Origin: an uncultured Pseudomonadota bacterium
Lineage (GTDB): Bacteria; Oederibacteriota; Muellerivitia; Muellerivitales; Muellerivitaceae
Direction of reading: 5' to 3'
Length of the DNA stretch: 64,000 nucleotides
Assembly (NCBI GenBank): GCA_963770835.1
Contig: CAVYRH010000007.1
Location: 1-64,000 of the forward strand
Part shown: positions 60,127 through 64,000 of the stretch, piece after piece
Position numbering within the stretch: the first letter of the stretch is position 1
Layout: each line of letters opens with the position of its first letter
The notes under the pieces: generated by a model
What the model was told of the DNA's origin: nothing
Seen by the model: only the letters and a program-made list of their open reading frames with translations
Database searches by the model: none
Position numbers and translations under genes: made by a program

Positions 60127-63100
60127 ATCCGTCTCCTTTCACTCTTGGTATTTTGACGAAAAAAGCTGAGCCTTTTCCGAGCTCCGAAACAACCTCGATA
60201 TCGCCATTTTGGAGCTTCATGAAGCTTTTGGCGATATAAAGCCCCAGGCCCGCTCCGGACCTGGAGGCTTCCGTTCCCATGACCCTTTCTTTGATGAAAA
60301 GCCGCTGGAGGGTTACAGGGCTCATGCCGATTCCCGTGTCCCTAATTTCAATGACACCAAAATCGCCGTAGATCGACGTTCGGATCGTAATGGAGCCCTG
60401 ATCGGTGCACTTAATGGCGTTATTAATAATATTACGGACGGTTTCGACGGTCTTTTCACTGTCAGCTTGGACAAGGGTTTCTTCCCCGCCCTTTTCCAGC
60501 ACCAATTGAAGGCTTTTTCTTTGGATGATATTTTCGTAATCCCGGATAGAGGAGTCAACGATTTGCTGGAGGGAAATGGGTTTTAAATTGACTGTCATCA
60601 CTCCGCGCTCGATTTTGGAAAGACTCAAGAGGTCGGAAATCAAGCGGTAGTTTTCCACCCCGATCTCCCTCATGTCGGATAAATACTCCTGCTGCTTGGG
60701 CGTGAGGTTGCCCGCCAGGCCGTCCAGCAAGTTCTCGATATAACCGTTGATTTCCGCGACGGGGGTTTTGAGCTGGTGGGAAACGACCGAAATCAAGTCG
60801 TTCTTCATTTCCTCAATCTGTTTGCGTTCCGTGACGTCCCGCATGATGGAAGTGATGAAAACGCCTGCATCGGTAAACCACGTATAAAGTGAAAGCTCCA
60901 GGGGAAATTCACGGCCTTCATTGCTGAGTCCGACCCATTCGGTGTTCCGCCCGACGAGGGGAGATGTTCCGCCGGCGAAAGCCCGCCGGAAGTCGTCAGC
61001 ATGCCCAGAGTAACTCTTTTCCGCCAAAAGAGAAACAAAGGGCCGCCCGTTTATTTCCGTTCTTGAATATCCAAAAAGCCGGCTCGCCGCCGAGTTGGAG
61101 TAGATGATGTGGCCGTAACTGTCCGCCGAAATGATGGCCTCATTGGCGGATTCGGTAACCGCCCGGAATTTTTCCTCGCTTTCCTTGAGGGCGGTTTCCG
61201 CGGCTTTTTGCTCCGTGATGTCCCGCATGATGGAGGTGAAAAAAAGGCCGGCACCGGTTTTCCAGGAAAAATAGGATATTTGGGCGGGAAACTCCCCGCC
61301 GTTTTTCCGTTTCCCCGTCAATACGAAGGTACGGCCGGGAATGGTCTCCTTCCCAGAAGCGAGATAGTTCTGGATGAGCTGGAAATTGCCTTTCCAGGAG
61401 GCCTCGGACATCAATTGGCTAAAGGGGCGCCCGAGGACCTCGGCCTGGGTGTAGCCGAAGATTTTTTCAGCGGTGGGGTTGAAGAAAATGACCAATCCCT
61501 TAGAGTCGGCGGAAATAATGGCGTCGTTGGCCGATTCGGTGAGGGTCCTGAACCTTTCCTCGCTTTCCTTGAGGACCATTTCGGACATCTTTTGGTCCGT
61601 GATATTCTCAATAACGGCAAGGCGAAAGAGGGGCTCGTTTTTGATGTCGAGGACGGTGGAAGCGGAAACCTTGCACCAGAGAATGTCGCCTTTTTTGCTG
61701 ATGTAGCGGCTTTCCACTTGGTAATGGGGGAGGATCTTATCAAAGAGTTTTTGGTTCAGGTTCTTTTCCACGGGCTGGTCCCCGGAAAAAGTGAAGTCGG
61801 TGTAGGGATGCCCCACCAGTTCGTTCTTGGAATAGCCCAGCATGCTCGAGAAGGCGCGGTTGACGTTCACGAAGATGCCGTCGGAAAAGGTCAAGGTCAT
61901 GCCGATGGGGCTTTCCTCGAAAAGGTTCCGGAAAAACTCCTCCCTCTCCCGGAGTGTCTCCATAATTTGCCTTTGAAGGCTGATGTCGATGCAGGCCGTC
62001 AGGGCGAATTTGACCATGCCGTTTTCGTCCAGGATCGGGGCGCCCCAGACTTCCAGGGGGGAAACCCGGCTGGAACGGCGTATTTCAATGTCATCCACAT
62101 GGGTTTTCTCGCCGGCCAAGGCCCGGATGATCGGTAATCTCTCCACGGGATAGGGCTCCCCGGTTTCGGTGCTGTAAAGATTATAAGTTTCCGAGGATTT
62201 TTCGGGGCCGGCTTGGCTCTTGACCGCCTCCGACCCAAACATCTCATGGGCCGCCAAGTTGGCGTAATAGGGGGCGCCGGAAGGGTCCCGCACGGTGATG
62301 GCCACGGGCAGGACGTCCAAAAATTGGAATAAACGGTGCTCGTTGTTCAGGAGGGTTTTAATGAAGAATTTCCTCTCGGTGATGTCGCGCACGATGGTGG
62401 TGAAAAAGACCCCCTCCTTCGTCTCCCACCTTGAAACGGAAAGTTCCAAGGGGAACTCGAACTTGTCCTTCCGTCGGCCGTAAAGCTCCATTGTCTTGAT
62501 CTCGACGGCCATGGAAACGAATTTTTCGAAGGAATTGGGCCCGTGTTCCTGGACGAATCTTTCCGGCATCAGCTGGGTGAGGGGTTTTCCGATCATCTCG
62601 GGCTTGGAATACCCAAACAGGATTTCGCCGGCGGGGTTGATGTCGGTGATAAGCCCCGCGGCGCTCGAGGTGATAAAGGCCTCATTGGCCGTTTCGGCGA
62701 GGAACCTAAATTTTTCCTCGCTGGCTCTCAGCCCGTTGACTGCCTCCTGGCGCTCGTGAATCTGGCGGTTGATCGAGACCACAGCCAAACCGCAGGCCAG
62801 GAGGGCGAAGGCCGTGCCGAGGAACATGAACCGCAGGTTGTTTTGGGTCCCGGTTTGCTCAAAGGCCTTGCGGGTCTTCAACAGCCATATTTGGACGCCC
62901 GATATCTGGTCGACCAGGTCCTTGATCTCCCGGTCCGTTTGCTTTTCGTCCTCCATCTGGATGGGACGGACGGCCAGGTCCGGCCTTCCCGCCTTCACAT
63001 AGGCCAGGCCCACGCGCATGGAGGTGGACTTTTTCTCAATGAGGGTTCGGAGCCGACCGACGCCCTTGTTGAGGATGGCATCACCGGCGGTGAGGCTTTC

Positions 63101-63370
63101 GGCGTGGCCGAGTTCCTCCTCCAGCTTGTCCATGCTCGTACCGCAGGCCGCCGCGTAATGGGCTTTTTGGGTCAACAGAAATTCGGCGTAATTGGTTTGG
63201 GCATCTTTTAAATCGGCGTAGGTCTTTTGGAGTGAAAGGATGATCTGGTGGGAGTGGTCAATCCATTCGGTGTCGGTTTCCAGCCTTTGGATGCTGAAGT
63301 AAGCGATGGCCCCCAGGATCAGGAGGAAGAAAAAGGTAACGCCCAATATCAATTTGACTTTCGCGCTCAT
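60119..63370 (-). CDS. CHASE3-multi-PAS sensor histidine kinase
   Basis: TM, WIDHSHQI (CHASE3-like), TM, five PAS domains, VSHQLKTP, NAIK, DTGIG, GAGLGL. Confidence 0.92.
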   Translation of the reverse strand: MSAKVKLILGVTFFFLLILGAIAYFSIQRLETDTEWIDHSHQIILSLQKTYADLKDAQTNYAEFLLTQKAHYAAACGTSMDKLEEELGHAESLTAGDAILNKGVGRLRTLIEKKSTSMRVGLAYVKAGRPDLAVRPIQMEDEKQTDREIKDLVDQISGVQIWLLKTRKAFEQTGTQNNLRFMFLGTAFALLACGLAVVSINRQIHERQEAVNGLRASEEKFRFLAETANEAFITSSAAGLITDINPAGEILFGYSKPEMIGKPLTQLMPERFVQEHGPNSFEKFVSMAVEIKTMELYGRRKDKFEFPLELSVSRWETKEGVFFTTIVRDITERKFFIKTLLNNEHRLFQFLDVLPVAITVRDPSGAPYYANLAAHEMFGSEAVKSQAGPEKSSETYNLYSTETGEPYPVERLPIIRALAGEKTHVDDIEIRRSSRVSPLEVWGAPILDENGMVKFALTACIDISLQRQIMETLREREEFFRNLFEESPIGMTLTFSDGIFVNVNRAFSSMLGYSKNELVGHPYTDFTFSGDQPVEKNLNQKLFDKILPHYQVESRYISKKGDILWCKVSASTVLDIKNEPLFRLAVIENITDQKMSEMVLKESEERFRTLTESANDAIISADSKGLVIFFNPTAEKIFGYTQAEVLGRPFSQLMSEASWKGNFQLIQNYLASGKETIPGRTFVLTGKRKNGGEFPAQISYFSWKTGAGLFFTSIMRDITEQKAAETALKESEEKFRAVTESANEAIISADSYGHIIYSNSAASRLFGYSRTEINGRPFVSLLAEKSYSGHADDFRRAFAGGTSPLVGRNTEWVGLSNEGREFPLELSLYTWFTDAGVFITSIMRDVTERKQIEEMKNDLISVVSHQLKTPVAEINGYIENLLDGLAGNLTPKQQEYLSDMREIGVENYRLISDLLSLSKIERGVMTVNLKPISLQQIVDSSIRDYENIIQRKSLQLVLEKGGEETLVQADSEKTVETVRNIINNAIKCTDQGSITIRTSIYGDFGVIEIRDTGIGMSPVTLQRLFIKERVMGTEASRSGAGLGLYIAKSFMKLQNGDIEVVSELGKGSAFFVKIPRVKGDGYV

Positions 63371-63576
63371 GGAGCCTTGGGCCCCCTCGTGGGCATTAGG
63401 TATCGGGTTTTCGTATCAGCCCAGGCAACAGTTTACTGGATTTAAAATGGCATTTCTTGAAAAGGAATGGGGCCCGGTAAAAACGCCTATTATTCGTCTC
63501 ATTTTCAATAGAAACCGGAGGTTAGGAGCGCCGCAGTCCTTTTAGCTGGGTTAGGGGACTCGCATGCCAGCCGACG

Positions 63577-63627
63577 CTAGTTGCGCCAGACGCAGCGGTC
63601 AAGATTCCGGTACTGGATGGCCTCGGC
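63577..63627 (-). repeat. Displaced, synonymously diverged duplicate of the comM 3' end (att-like scar)
   Basis: Encodes AEAIQYRNLDRCVWRN*, versus AEAIQYRNLDRSVWRN* at 63713-63763. Confidence 0.85.
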
Positions 63628-63712
63628 CCCATTCCCTCGGGATGGGACCGCCCAGGCTCGCTTCTCGCCTTGAAGGCTCGTCGCATGACGGCCTGCGGCG
63701 AAATAAAACTAT

Positions 63713-64000
63713 CTAGTTTCTCCAGACGCTCCGGTCCAAATTGCGATATTGAATGGCCTCAGCGATATAGGCGGGTTGGATGGCCTCGACGCCATCCAGG
63801 TCGGCGATAGTACGGGCGACTTTTAATATGCGGTCGTAAGCCCGGGCCGAGAGGCCGAATTTCTCCATGGCCGTTTTCAGGAGCGTTTGGGAGGGTTCGT
63901 CCAAACCGCAGTATTTCCGGAGTTGGGAAGTCCCCATCTGGGCATTGCAATGCAGGCCTTCTCCTTCGAAGCGCTTTTGCTGTATGTCCCGGGCCCGGCT
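63713..64000 (-). CDS. comM: ComM/YifB Mg-chelatase-like AAA+ ATPase, C-terminal part (5' end outside the window)
   Basis: CNAQM, GLSARAYDRILKVARTIADL, AEAIQYR. Confidence 0.92.
   Translation of the reverse strand, partial: SRARDIQQKRFEGEGLHCNAQMGTSQLRKYCGLDEPSQTLLKTAMEKFGLSARAYDRILKVARTIADLDGVEAIQPAYIAEAIQYRNLDRSVWRN

Noticed and set aside
63577..63763. comM duplicate as a DGR template/variable repeat pair
   Set aside because: The differences are synonymous and not adenine-specific, and no reverse transcriptase is in the window.

Overview
Bacterial chromosomal window with no rRNA, tRNA, CRISPR array or transposase that I can recognise. The first ~950 bp is a very GC-rich, frameshifted, actinobacterial-looking fragment (MBL-fold hydrolase). 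It abuts and truncates a GT4 glycosyltransferase, which probably reflects a chimeric join. The rest is a moderately GC-rich diderm genome with Pro/Thr-linker secreted proteins. From 1-27 kb it carries rpoD, a carboxylesterase, a beta-helix protein, a GH10 xylanase, hrpB, an IgGFc-binding Pro/Thr-repeat protein, and an AIPR protein followed by a two-gene AT-rich insert. From 27-63 kb it carries a dense signal-transduction supercluster: PAS/MASE1/CHASE kinases, a poly-HAMP hybrid kinase, a diguanylate cyclase, a TonB receptor-YfiR-kinase unit, an NtrC-family activator, two CheX-like paralogues and two receiver-zinc-ribbon paralogues. The most notable signals outside the ORF track are: (i) a synonymously recoded duplicate of the last 17 codons of comM/yifB, likely an integration scar; (ii) three canonical sigma-54 promoters with a shared upstream palindrome, defining a candidate local regulon; (iii) an uncalled YjfB-like small gene with a sigma-28-like, possibly leaderless promoter; (iv) a C11 tract right after the hrpB start codon. 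All family assignments come from motif recognition by eye, not from database searches.
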